A DNA stretch of 62,258 bases, filler included, from Choristocarpus tenellus KU-1152 (lineage: Eukaryota > Protista > Phaeophyceae): assembly GCA_964200185.2 (NCBI GenBank). It is 11 parts of 11 records of this genome, joined end to end, with 100 filler letters (N's around TTAATTAATTAA, not from the genome) between each part and the next. Parts side by side here need not be neighbours in the genome. Positions count along the whole stretch, not along the records: positions 15,354 to 25,788 come from CAXNAD020002932.1; positions 25,889 to 29,577 come from CAXNAD020018504.1; positions 29,678 to 38,073 come from CAXNAD020004762.1; 8 more parts are not named here. One strand, given 5' to 3'. Positions 25,214 to 36,538 of the stretch are shown here, one piece after another (the first letter of the stretch is position 1; every line of letters starts with the position of its first letter). The position numbers and the translations under genes were made by a program. The notes under the pieces are model-generated. The model was not told the origin of the DNA, ran no database searches, and saw nothing but the letters and a program-made list of their open reading frames with translations.

Positions 25214-27909
25214 GTGAGAAGAGCAGACATTTGACTCATGAGGACATTGATGGTGCATACATACGTATCAATTGGTGCAGAATACACAAATAATATAATA
25301 TCGTATGTATATATATATATATATGTAAGTAGACGTTAAAGTGTGCAGTAGCACCTGGAATAACTTGTTCACATAGCTATGTTAGCACAGTTTGATCGAT
25401 TGGAACTAACTGCAATGATGCGCATAGTAAGATGTTCTTAAATCCTCAAAAAAAGATCAGGTCAAAGGACACAATTCCCCTGTTGACAACATTTGTTGTG
25501 CCTTTATTCTCTTCCTTTCAGAACAGATTTCAGCTCTTGTCAATATTACACACAAGTAGTACTCAAATGCATGTATTGCTGCTCCTGTGCGCATACTTTA
25601 TTTTCTCCTTTTATCGGGGTCTTGAATCTAGGTTGGTCTTGGTTAATTGGAGAGCGAACGTATGTATGTGTTTGAAGAGAAACATTTTAACCTTTTTGTT
25701 GGATGGATTATTAATTAACTATATACATGTAGTTTCCCTTTCGTCACGGCCTGACAGGGGGGGGGGGGCTGTGACTGCAATCTCCAATNNNNNNNNNNNN
25801 NNNNNNNNNNNNNNNNNNNNNNNNNNNNNNNNTTAATTAATTAANNNNNNNNNNNNNNNNNNNNNNNNNNNNNNNNNNNNNNNNNNNNCCGTATCCCCTA
25901 TGCTGCAGGGGCGAAAATCATGTTTGGGTGCACCCTTCATCTCAAATACGAAAACACCCTTCATCTCAAATTCACTTCCTTTCAGTCTGTCCTAGGAAGA
26001 ATACCGTGGTTAACAACAAATATCCATCCCCCTTGCCTTTCAGGGCCCTGGAGATCAAAACACTTTGTTCTTTGACTGGTGAGCACGAAAAATCAACAAA
26101 CAAACAAAAAATGCAATAAAAAATAAAAAACGGATGTTTCAATACATAAATAAATCGCAAGGCATGTTAGATGTACTGAAAAGAAAGAAAAAAGATTGGG
26201 GAGAAGAGTAGTCATATCGAATCTAATATGAAAAAAATGTCAGAAAGTCGGAAATGACACCACCATTCAGGGAGGAAGTACAAGTCCGCTTCATGTAATC
26301 AAGTTGCTCTTTAATGAGAAAATAAAAAAAATGCGAGGCTACTTCATCACATTTTATGATGGAAAAAAACCATGAAAAACATAAGAGCATCGGCGTAAGA
26401 TCATACACAAAAACACCATACTTGCATACAAATTACAATGTTCGTGTATGCACTGGGGGGGGGGCGTCCCCCGTACTGCCTTACTGTCAAACACAAGTTC
26501 CTTCCAATCTTCAACAGAACATGGTGAAAAGTACATTTTTTAAAGTTAAAAAATAAAAGTACAAAAAACAAAAAACAGGTTCAGTTTTCAAGTGGATTAT
26601 GTTCTCACTCAGTGAACAGAAGAGCTGAGAGAATTCTATCTGGTCCCAGGGCTTTGATTTGATCGAGATTGATGACGACCATTAAGGGACCAAAACTTCA
26701 ACACCAAAAGAATTAGTATGAGAAATAAAAAGACAGACTGATGCATACAGCAATGGAGTAGGTTGGAAAAAAACTTGAGAATCATACAGTTAGGAAGGAG
26801 AGACAACACACCTGCGTACACAATTTCTTTTGGAATGTGGAATTAAGATGCCATGAAAAAAAAAACTAGAACTCTAGGGTGGGCCTACAGTAGAGTTCTT
26901 TGTTTCTTGCAATAGGAACCGTAAGGAGATATAAAAAGCGGTATGGGAGGGAACAGACGGGGGGACAGCGTGTGACAATTCACATTCTTCCACAAAATAC
27001 AAGCATAACTAATGCACCCTTCCCACACAGGGTCAATTGATCTAAAATGAACAAGAAATCGGTGGAAGAGGACAATCAGCTGACAACACAACGTTGATAC
27101 TAAAACGGGGACATAAACCAAAATAAACAGTAGCATAGAAAAGGTTACCCGATCGACCCAAAAAAGAAGAACAGAGTGGAAGACCATTTACTTCGGAAGG
27201 ATGATGAATGTCGAATTAGATTCTAACTTAGCATCCCACATATTGTCGGACTCTTTCCTATTCAGGCAAGATTCCTGTCTCTTACTTTCCGCACAAAAGC
27301 ATATGCATTGAATAAACAATGAATCGACCTTTGCGACCTCAACAGGGCAGCGTTGGCGTATCCAAGGGGATGTTTGACTTATCACTTTGAACTGAAAATC
27401 GGGTTCTGTTGCTCAAGCGTTCCCTCTGCCAAATCTCTTCCGGTACCACCACGACTTCCGAGCAGGAAATAGTCACGCCACACCGCAAAAGAACTGTCAC
27501 AGTGAAAAACAACCTTCTCACGAAAGCCCCTCCCTAGAAAGGGTGCACCAACGTGATCACCACCGCAAACTATAGGCATGCATCATTCGTAAAGCAATTG
27601 GTGGGATGTAAGGCACTTTTTCCGATTCAGGGGTTCTTAGAGGGTTTGCAAGGAGACCCTAAGAACATTGGGGTCATGCACACAGTGAAAAATCAGTTTA
27701 CTTCCACTTTTAGGCACCGGCAGTCTTGAATTAGACTCATAACCGAGATCTCTAGCATAGGGCAAAGAGCACATCGATTGAAGGAATAGCGCCTCATCAG
27801 AAAGGTGGCAATCGCATGTTGCTGGGTGGAAAGCAAAAAAAAACATTCCATCTACGAACCGGAAGTTGGACGTGCTTCATTCTCTACAATATAGTGACTT
27901 GGCACTTAC

Positions 27910-27951
27910 GTTCAGAGCCTCACTGAAGAGGACGGGTATTTGTTGCGCCAT
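27910..27951 (-). CDS. CLTC: Clathrin heavy chain, first coding exon (14 codons)
   Basis: ATG at 27951 gives MAQQIPVLFSEALN followed by the perfect donor GTAAGT, and resembles the clathrin heavy chain N-terminus (human MAQILPIRFQEHLQ). Exon 2 was not found before the contig end. Confidence 0.65.
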
Positions 27952-28509
27952 TGTTTGCAACTAGGCCGTCTCGCCACTCTTCGATTCGACTCTCCGGACA
28001 ATTCCCGCCCCTCGTCCTCGATCCCTTGCACAGGCCTTCGGCCTTGTCCGTTTTATGAGCTTAAAGCCCCACCAGATGGTATAACTTTTGCACGTGGGAT
28101 CACGATGGGGGTTGTTCCTGCCAAGCTGGCCTGAAGCGGCACTCGTCGCGACAGAGAGATTGGTGTTATTTGATGATGTTGCGGCTGCTGGGTCCGTTCG
28201 CTGGTAAAATTCTATTTGTCCAGGATCACGAATGTGGAGGCGTTTTCCCTACAGTATGATGTTGGAAAAGTAGAAACGGTAAACTCACAACTTCCTAGTA
28301 CCCCTCACTACTGTGTCTTCCACCCCAATGTCCCATCTCGTGGCTTGCAACCATACGGAGAGGAAGACACTACTCCTCCAGATCTAGTCGTTGAAGTACA
28401 GAGAAAGCTCTTTGGTATTGGACAGGTTGTAAAGAACGCCATCCAGCCTCCCTACACCCCCTACCTTTTTGCGTGCATTTTTTTTCAATTAGATAGTACT
28501 ACTATAGTT

Positions 28510-29206
28510 ATGAGCCTTTCTGGCGCTGCTGTGCAAGAAACGGGGGGAACTACTTGGCTGTCTAATGTGCCACTGGTGGGAGGATTGTTCGCTGTCTGTG
28601 CCTTCGTATTTGGGGCAAGGAGGTATTCCATTAAGAGACGACTATGTTGTCGAGATCGGACTAAGAAGCGCTGGGATGACGTATCGAGGGGGGCGAGTGG
28701 GGACAGAAGTAGGTGGAAGACCGTCATGCTCATGACTTTCAACTTCGTGTCGGCTGTGGGGATTGTAGTTCTCAATAAAGCTATCTTCCGACGTGGGTAC
28801 AACTTTGCCACCTTCGTGACTGGGCTCCACTTTGCAGGCACGACCATTGGCGTCCGAGCCTGCCATGCTGCGGGGATGTACCAAGTCAAACCCCTACGTC
28901 AGACACAGGTGAGTCATTCTTCTCTCATGACAAACGGTGGAAGTAACTAGCGACCTAGCCCGGTTTGAGTTTGAACTGTTTTGCCCTGTTTTGCTCCCTG
29001 ATTGTGAATCTTGTTTGTGATGCTGAGGCTTCTCCGTTCACTTTCTCGGTGCGAGTGCTGCGTAGGTTCTGCCAATCACGCTCTCCTTCTGCAGCTTCGT
29101 TGTTTGCAATAACTTAAGCTTGCAACACAATGGCTTGGGCTACTATCAACTCATGAAGGTTCTCACAACTCCCACTGTGGTTGTGCTGCAGCTTCTCCTC
29201 TTCCAG
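28510..29206 (+). CDS. Nucleotide-sugar transporter (TPT/SLC35E3-like, DMT superfamily), 5' partial, 2 exons
   Basis: Exons 28510-28908 and 29066-29206 (phase 0) give ...NFVSAVGIVVLNKAIFRRGYNFATFVTGLHF...QTQ-VLPITLSFCSFVVCNNLSLQHNGLGYYQLMKVLTTPTVVVLQ, with the IV.lNK, NLSL..N.lG.YQl.KvlttP motifs. Confidence 0.93.
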
Positions 29207-29500
29207 GTTAAGAACAGAGATAATAGTTGCATGCAATAATCCTGACAAATCCATAACGCAGAAAAACACATCACTGTGCTTTCCTCATCTGGTGTGTGTA
29301 GAATGACCAATTAATGTGAAGGATAGTGTTATCTCAAACTCGCCCTGCCGCCCCTCCTCCCTCCATTCGCCTCCAACAAGGCTCTGTTGCTATTAAGTTT
29401 CTCCCAATCTAGTCTGACTTAGGAGACTTGTCCAACACCACGTAGCTTCAATTATTGGCAATGGATGGGATTGATTACCCCTTACCGTTGGCTACTTCCG

Positions 29501-29535
<35 letters not shown>

Positions 29536-29839
29536 AGACACCCGCCCCTACCCCTCTTTGTCGTGGCACGTGTGCACNNNNNNNNNNNNNNNNNNNNNNN
29601 NNNNNNNNNNNNNNNNNNNNNTTAATTAATTAANNNNNNNNNNNNNNNNNNNNNNNNNNNNNNNNNNNNNNNNNNNNCCCCCCTCCCAGATACTTTGGGT
29701 CGGACGAAAGTGGTCCAGAACCATCCAAGGAGACCACCAAAGTAAGTAATATAATTCAGGCTATCATAGGGAGCTACCAAGAATCCTAAGTGCTGAGGTG
29801 AATACTGAGTATTCTCTCCAGTTTGACGAGAGGCGGTAG

Positions 29840-30826
29840 GACCTGTTCGTAGATAGTGCTGCTGATACACTATAGACACCATCGGTGGAGTAGGTTACGA
29901 AATGCAAACACCACTGCTGGAGTAATGGAGGAAAGGTAGAGTCAGATATATGTTTCCGTATATTTCGGTTGAGCTGTATGGTAGTTCATGTATATGGTAG
30001 GGACCTGATATTGGATCATCCGTTGATATATCATACATGGCACGTATGGTAAGTAGATATGATTCTTTTCTGATTATATATGTGGACATTGCAAATCCCA
30101 CATGGTAATCTGCTGCACTTGTCCCACCCACGTATTCAGTCAGCGGAATCGAGACCACGAGCCCCTTGTAATATTAACTTTGCATATCTACATCAAGCTA
30201 TTCATTGTCTTTCATCAAAGCACCAAAGCCGCGGGTCCAGTGTGGAATATTTCAACATGCTACGTAGCGGACCAATTGTTCCTGGGACATTGTGCTGATG
30301 GCTCAAAGTATCTGGGGAGGGGTGACAGTTGTCCATTCGGGGCCCATTTTTCCATGTCGCGATTTTTGGGATATTTTGTTGCATATGTCGGATGGATAAT
30401 GTAAGCTCACTTCTACTGGTCAGGGCCCGAATGGACGCCCTAGAATATACTGTTCGTAGATAGTGCTGCTGATAGACGTAGACACCACCGGTGGATAGTA
30501 TATTAGGATGGAGAGCCAGTGACAGATATATACTATGTACTGACTCATAGTGTTGATTGATTTTCATATCATGTTCAAGATACACTTTCTATACTTAGGA
30601 CAAGTAAATAAGTGATTCATAGTAAATTAGTGTGGACGATTACAAACCCAACACTATTAGAAATAATAATGGTAGTCTAGGCTAGAGTCTTACCCTCATA
30701 ATTAGTCAACGGAATCGAGACCACAAGCCCTTTGTAATATTAACTTTGCTCATCTATATCAAGCTGTTTCTTTGTCCTTCATTAAAGCACCAAAAGCCGC
30801 GGGTCCAGTGTGGGATACTTCAACAT
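29840..30826. repeat. Diverged ~570-610 bp tandem duplication interrupted by a MITE A fragment
   Basis: CTGTTCGTAGATAGTGCTGCTGATA occurs at about 29842 and 30449. The block GGAATCGAGACCAC...AAAGCCGCGGGTCCAGTGTGG occurs at about 30145-30258 and 30711-30826. A MITE A 5' part lies at 30300-30440. Confidence 0.8.
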
Positions 30827-30879
30827 AGACCCCCCCACCCCCCACAGATACTTTGAGCCTGATCGACGAGGCTAGTAGT

Positions 30880-31445
30880 GAGCAAGTTATTGTGGACAAG
30901 ATATCTGCCAGCAACCCCACCAAGGTCTCCAACTTCCCCACATTCGCTGGGAAGTAGGGAGAGGATTTCTTCGGTTTTGCGGTTCATTCTTAGGTCATCC
31001 AAAGCGTTTGTAGCTGTGCTACTTGACCCTGACATAGTCTGTGAAGGGTCGATTTGGATGTGGAGTCAAGGAAGGCACCTGAATCGACAAGTACAACTGC
31101 TCTCAAGTTCAAAGGATAGTGCGTGAGTGCTTCAGCAGCCACGGTAACATTAGGAGATGGTGTGCCAGCTGCATCAGCGCTTCTTAACATCTCCAATCGT
31201 GGAGATGGATGGCAAAAACCGAATGATCATGCCCTTGCTTCAGGAAGGAGAGCGAGTAGTAAGGCTGCTGGTAGAAAGGGTCAAGGAAAGGGCTGTGTAG
31301 TCTGTTTTATGTGTGGCATAGATGGCCACGCTAAGTACGATACCCCGACCTCGATCGGGCTACAAGACTGGAGGGAGATGACGACTAAGGTAGAAGGTGC
31401 ATGAGATGCAAAGGGTTAGGTAACGAGGTGAGCGAATGTCCCCTG
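30880..31445 (+). mobile_element. LTR-retrotransposon gag remnant with two zinc knuckles (Copia-like)
   Basis: A G/R/K-rich segment is followed by CFMCGIDGHAKYDTP (31303) and, after a frameshift, CMRCKGLGNEVSECP (about 31398-31443); both are decayed CX2CX4HX4C motifs. Confidence 0.6.
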
Positions 31446-31889
31446 ACTGTTCGAGCCAGGGAGAGGACAGGAAGACCTTCTGGAAGGGAGGCTAAGGAGG
31501 GATGCATATGGTATCGATCACAACTCCTCCCCTAACCGAATCTTGAGAGGTGGAAGACATCAGTTCGAGACTAGACAGGTTAGAAGGCTTCATCAGAAGC
31601 TCTTACTTCGGTGACATGGAACATTTCCCTTTGTGATTATCTTCCCTTGTGTTTGTTGTTCTTGCAAATTATTTTACTTGAGTTTGTCCCCTATTTGTCT
31701 TGTATATATTGGTGCATACCTACAGTAGTCAAGTGACAGGTGTGATGTTGTATGCAGACTGACTTTTAGATAGAAGAGCTTTTAAAGCAGGGAGAGATTT
31801 TCTTCGTTTGTGTGTATGGTATGTCAGTTGTAAGGCAGTCGACTAATTTGTGCTACTCTTTTCCAAGGATTCACTTTAGGCGTTGCACT

Positions 31890-32415
31890 AGGGATATTTC
31901 GTGGATCGTGGGATACGCAAAATAGTATTGCTAAGGACCCCGCTATTTCCAGGATTGTGGGAGATGGAACATGGTATTGCTACGGACCCACCATTCCATG
32001 GATTGTGGGAGACGCAACTTGGTATGGCTAAGGACCCACAGTAGAAAAACACCCCAGAATGTGTTCGTAGAGATAGGTTAGGATAGATAGGAAGCAACAG
32101 CCCTACCATATTACTGCCATTTCATGGATTGTGGGAGACGCAACATGGTATTGCTAAGGACCTGCAGGAGAAGTATCCGATAACGTTCCCACTGGAGACT
32201 ACAATAGGACGGTAGATATGAAGTAGCATCTGTGTTCCATGACCTGCAGTAGTGATGTACTAGGGAGGTTTTGTTGATTGTAGGAGACGCTATATGTATT
32301 GCTAAGGACCCTGCCATTCGATGGATTGTGGGAGACGCAGAATGGTATTGCCAAGGATCTGCAGGAAAAGGTACCCAAGAATGTTTCCACTTGAGACTGC
32401 AATAGGACAGATGGA
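31890..32415. repeat. Complex satellite of ~49-bp units with higher-order structure
   Basis: Six copies of CATGGATTGTGGGAGACGCAACATGGTATTGCTAAGGACC, in clusters each followed by a related GCAGGAnAAG...GAGACT.CAATAGGAC segment. Confidence 0.85.
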
Positions 32416-34153
32416 TGGCTGATTTTTAATGACCCCAGACCAGTATTGATGGGGTCAAAGTATCTGGGGGGGGGTGCCAGCGTCCGTTTTTCACCCATTT
32501 TTCGATTTTCACTTTTTTGGTGTGATTTGGTCGCACGTGTCGGATTTGAAATGTCAGCAATAAAAGAACGTTAGAGTTTCGACGTTTGCATGTGTCGGAT
32601 TTCGAGTCTGTTCAAACTGGATTATTGGTTTATGATGTTGGTCATGCAGTTACGATGAAGAATAAGAGATATGGGTTAGATGTTCTAGGGCTGGTTATTG
32701 GTTTGTTTGGTTGCATGAGTGGGATTTGGTTAGCACATAAAGAGGGCTGTCGGTTAGGGTGTGTTTTCCCAATGTTAGGATGTGGAATTGAAAAAAAGAC
32801 TATGGGCTGTTGCGAGGTTGGTTTTTTCGTTTATTTGCTTGTATGAGTCTTGTCTGGTATGTAAACAAAGAGGACTGTCAGTTCGGGCATGTTCTCCCAG
32901 TGTGTATACGAGGAGCCAAAACATATATCATGTACAGTTTAAATATAATGCTTCGATCATTTGCGTGCATGTGTCGGATTTAGTATGTAAACATGTTAGG
33001 GTTGAAGTTGCTGGTATGAAGGAAGGGAAAAGGGTCAGGTTTTGTTTTCGGGTTAGTGTATTATATCTCTCATGTAATGTTGTGGACGGATTCTGGATGT
33101 GTATACGAATGGTTATTGGTCAAGGTCTATTGTCTATGTTTCTCTGAAAGTATTTCAAGGTACACTTCCAGAGGTCCTGGGTTGGTGCTGTGCTTAGGAG
33201 CATCGTGCGTGGACTTCGGTGTATGATCCTCCAAGATTCGAAGGAGGAGGAGATCGGTTCTAGTTTGTCGACACTTGGACAAAGCATGAGATAGTGCATA
33301 GAGTATTGAGAAGAAGGGGGGAGGTGCGTCATAGTGCTCAAGGAATATATAGCGGCTTTGAGAAGGACAGGGTATCCATTGCAGGCCCTGGCGAATTGTT
33401 TGGAAAGGTTAGCTGAGAAGATGAAGAAGAGTTCTTTGATTGATGTATGATATTTTAGTTGTCTAAGCCTTGTAGCAGACACGCTCTTATAAACAAATAA
33501 TAACACAGGTCTAATCCTCAACATGAGCATGATATATTATACGCTGACGACTCTGACTGGTAGCAATGTATCCGATACCACTGTCTAAATACATAATTCA
33601 TGGAATGGAAAGTGCATGAATATGGTCGTCGGACACCAAGGCAAGGTACACTGATTTATGCATCAGTGTACCTGTAGCTCTAGCCGTACTTCAACAAAAA
33701 CTGAAACGACTGAACCCCTATTTCAATTGGTAGGCGGACTCGAAATTGCATTCGTCACCCTCCTCCCACCACTCTGTGAGCTTAGGGTATGCCTCGACAA
33801 GAAGGTGCCATAGATTTAGGAGTATGGAGTACCTGGCGTTCCAAGGTTCGGGCTTCACGAGGCCCAAGAAGATAGCCTTCCTCGCCTAGAGTGCTTCCAC
33901 AAGCTCGGGACGCAATGTGTTGCCTGACTTCCCCACACGATCACCGAGTTTAACCTGTGTGGGCTCGTGGACGTAGCATTCATCCCCGAAAACAAGAGAA
34001 ACGGCCCCTTTACCGGTGTTGATGATCCTGAACCCATGGTCGTATATGACTTGGGTGAGGATTTGAGTCTGCACTCGATAATGTGAAGAAGCAGGTTTCG
34101 TTGCCGATCGTAGGAGCTCGGTAACGTACGCCTCCATGAAGGCTTCGGTGATC

Positions 34154-34330
34154 GAGCCAAATTATCTGGGGTGGATTGGTGGCTGTCCATTTAGGGCCAA
34201 TTTTTTCATGTCGCGATTTTTGTGTGATTTGGTTGCATGCGTCGGATGGATAATGCAAGTAAGCTTTTCCTGGTTATGGCCCAAATGGACACCCTGGTGT
34301 TGACCACCCCCCCCCCAGATACTTCGGGTC
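34154..34330 (+). mobile_element. MITE family A, complete copy
   Basis: GAGCCAAATTATCTGGGG ... CCCCAGATACTTCGGGTC, flanked by ATC/ATC (3-bp TSD). Confidence 0.9.
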
Positions 34331-34616
34331 ATCCCCACAATGGATGCATTGCCGGAGTCGGCCGCGTCCTGTGTGACGCAATCGTCATCACCATGAGATG
34401 ACCTTTTGTTGTCATCGTCGTACTTCGAGGTAGATAAACATGGATTTACCGCGTATCTTCCCTTTTTGGCAGAAGCGAAGACGTCTGCGAAGAAGCCAGG
34501 TTCTTAAGCGCTGCCATCAGGACCGCGAGGCTGTTTGAAGGGTCTCATCCATCCAGCACCTTCTCTCACCCTCTTCTTCCTAATTAGCGTCCTTTTCCCC
34601 TTTCCTTTGCCCTTCT

Positions 34617-35202
34617 CGGAAGGCTTGTCCCTCGGGGTTGGGGTAGGATCGGCATGGACGTGGTTCTCACTTCGCCTCACAGTATGATGGTCGTAGATGT
34701 TCCCTGGCACTTGGGACTCGTCGTCGCCGCTGCCCACTGAATGGGCATTTGGGGACATTCCGGGGTCACTCTTGACAGGCGTGGACTCTGAGTCCGTGCC
34801 TGAACGCCCACCCACGTCCTCCTGTACAAGTTCCTCTGGACCTGACAAAGAGTTACAATCGGGTCGATCCCCATCGACTTCAGAGTCTTCGTTCTTCCCA
34901 AAATATCGTCCCTTTCCTCTTTCCGTTACCATTCACGGAAGGCTTTGTCCCTCGGTGTTGTGATTGGATGGGCATGGGTGTGGTTCTCACTTCGCCCCAC
35001 AGTATCATTGTAGGTGTTCCCTGGCACCTTGGACTCATCGCCGCCGCTGCTCACTGAATGGGCGTTTGGGGATATACATGGGTCACTCCTGACAGGGATG
35101 GATTCTGAGTCCCTGCCTAGCCGCCCCCTCACATCCTCCTGTGCAAGTTCCTCTGGACCTGACAAAGCATTACAAACGGGTCGGTCCCCATCGCCTTCAG
35201 AG
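34617..35202. repeat. Diverged direct duplication (period 319 bp)
   Basis: 34617-34886 versus 34936-35202; both encode EGDGDRP.CN.LSGPEEL.QEDV.GR.G.DSES.PV.SDP..SPNAHSV on the minus strand. Confidence 0.9.
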
Positions 35203-36384
35203 TTGTGTTCCGAGGGTGTGATTGTATGCCTCCCCCCTCGTAGAGTCCTGCTTCCCATAACCTACTGTAGGGCTAGGCGATGGGTTATCCTGTTCCTCTT
35301 CATCACCTGGTGGGTTGGGTCTTCCACAAGGTATAGGCTTGGATACGCCACCAGCTACCGGTGCCATCACCAGTGAAAAATTGCGGAAGGTGGAGAGTTT
35401 GTTCATGAGGAGTTGGATACGATCAGGATCGAGGTTGTCCCTGAGGGCGGTGCATGTGATTACGATGTCTCCTGGTCGGGTCTGGAGAAGATCGACTTCT
35501 CTCTCGTGGGTGGCGCTCGTTTCGGACTTGAACTTGTCAAGGTCGTGCTCGGACGTGTCGTTTTTGTCTGGCGTGATCACAATGTTTGTGACTCGTGTTA
35601 TCTCTGTGATGGTGGAGGAGTAGGCAAAAGACATGGCGAAGTAGGAGGCAAAACAACGGGAAGAGGGGTTAGCTTCAGGAGGCAAGGGATGTGGTAGAGG
35701 TTGGTGAGAAGGAGTAAGCGAGGCAGGATGCAGAGGAGGAGGCAGGGGCTGAGGAAAGGATGGATGGATTAGAGTACGAGCGGCTCATTAAACTTGGGCG
35801 GATTGTTCGAGCCAATAAGTCAGGAAGACAAATAGGGCTGGTAACAGAGGGCGAAGAGGATGCGTATAGGACAATAGTACACGAACCGTGACATAATTTC
35901 CCTTCTTTTGCTGGGTTCTGTCGATCGGTACAACACAGCAAAAGTATGAATCAATCTGTTCGACGAGCAACTTCACAACATATAAGACCAGGGAACCCTG
36001 TGACAATGTTCATTGTGAAACTGTCAAACGTCGGTAAGATCTGTGAGTGTCTAGGTTCTGTGTTTGGTGTAGGGAGCGATGTTTAGATGTTAATGTATGG
36101 CGATGTTGTACAATGATGTAATTGCTTGCCTGTCTGTTCGTCACTGGTGTTCAGGCTAACGATGCTGTGGACATGAGGATGGCGTAGCCCTTTCCTCCAA
36201 GGCCGCTAGTTACTAATATATATCGAACGGTAAACCCGGTCAACATGGGATGAACATTGAATATGAGAACGCACCAATACCGAATGCAGACGGGAAGGAT
36301 TCACAATGTCGTTGAAGACCCGTTGGCAGCTAAGTCCCAAAGGACAACTAGCGAAAAACTCGTGCCCTCTAACATAGAGCATCC

Positions 36385-36538
36385 AATTTGAAAATGCTGG
36401 TGTTACCACTGCTGGCAGCTGATGTGTACACGGTTGAAAAAGTAATAAATACAGGGCATCGAATTTGAAAAGGCTGGTGTTACCACTGCTGACAGCTGGT
36501 GTGTACAAGGTTGTAAATGTAATAAATACAGGGCATCG
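36385..36538. repeat. 77-bp tandem duplication
   Basis: AATTTGAAAAnGCTGGTGTTACCACTGCTG...GTAATAAATACAGGGCATCG, present twice. Confidence 0.9.

Larger units (their letters stand above)
33886..35685 (-). pseudogene. Decayed long ORF of unknown family, with an internal duplication and a MITE insertion
   Basis: ORFs 35197-35685, 34926-35258, 34504-34932 and 33886-34137 are collinear on the minus strand. Reading through the stop at 34504 and removing MITE 34154-34330 plus one TSD copy joins ...SGNASIVG-ITEAF-MEAYVTELL in frame. Confidence 0.55.

Noticed and set aside
28216-28509. N-terminal extension of the 244-aa ORF
   Set aside because: It starts at TTG and falls in the divergent promoter/UTR region; the first in-frame ATG is at 28510.
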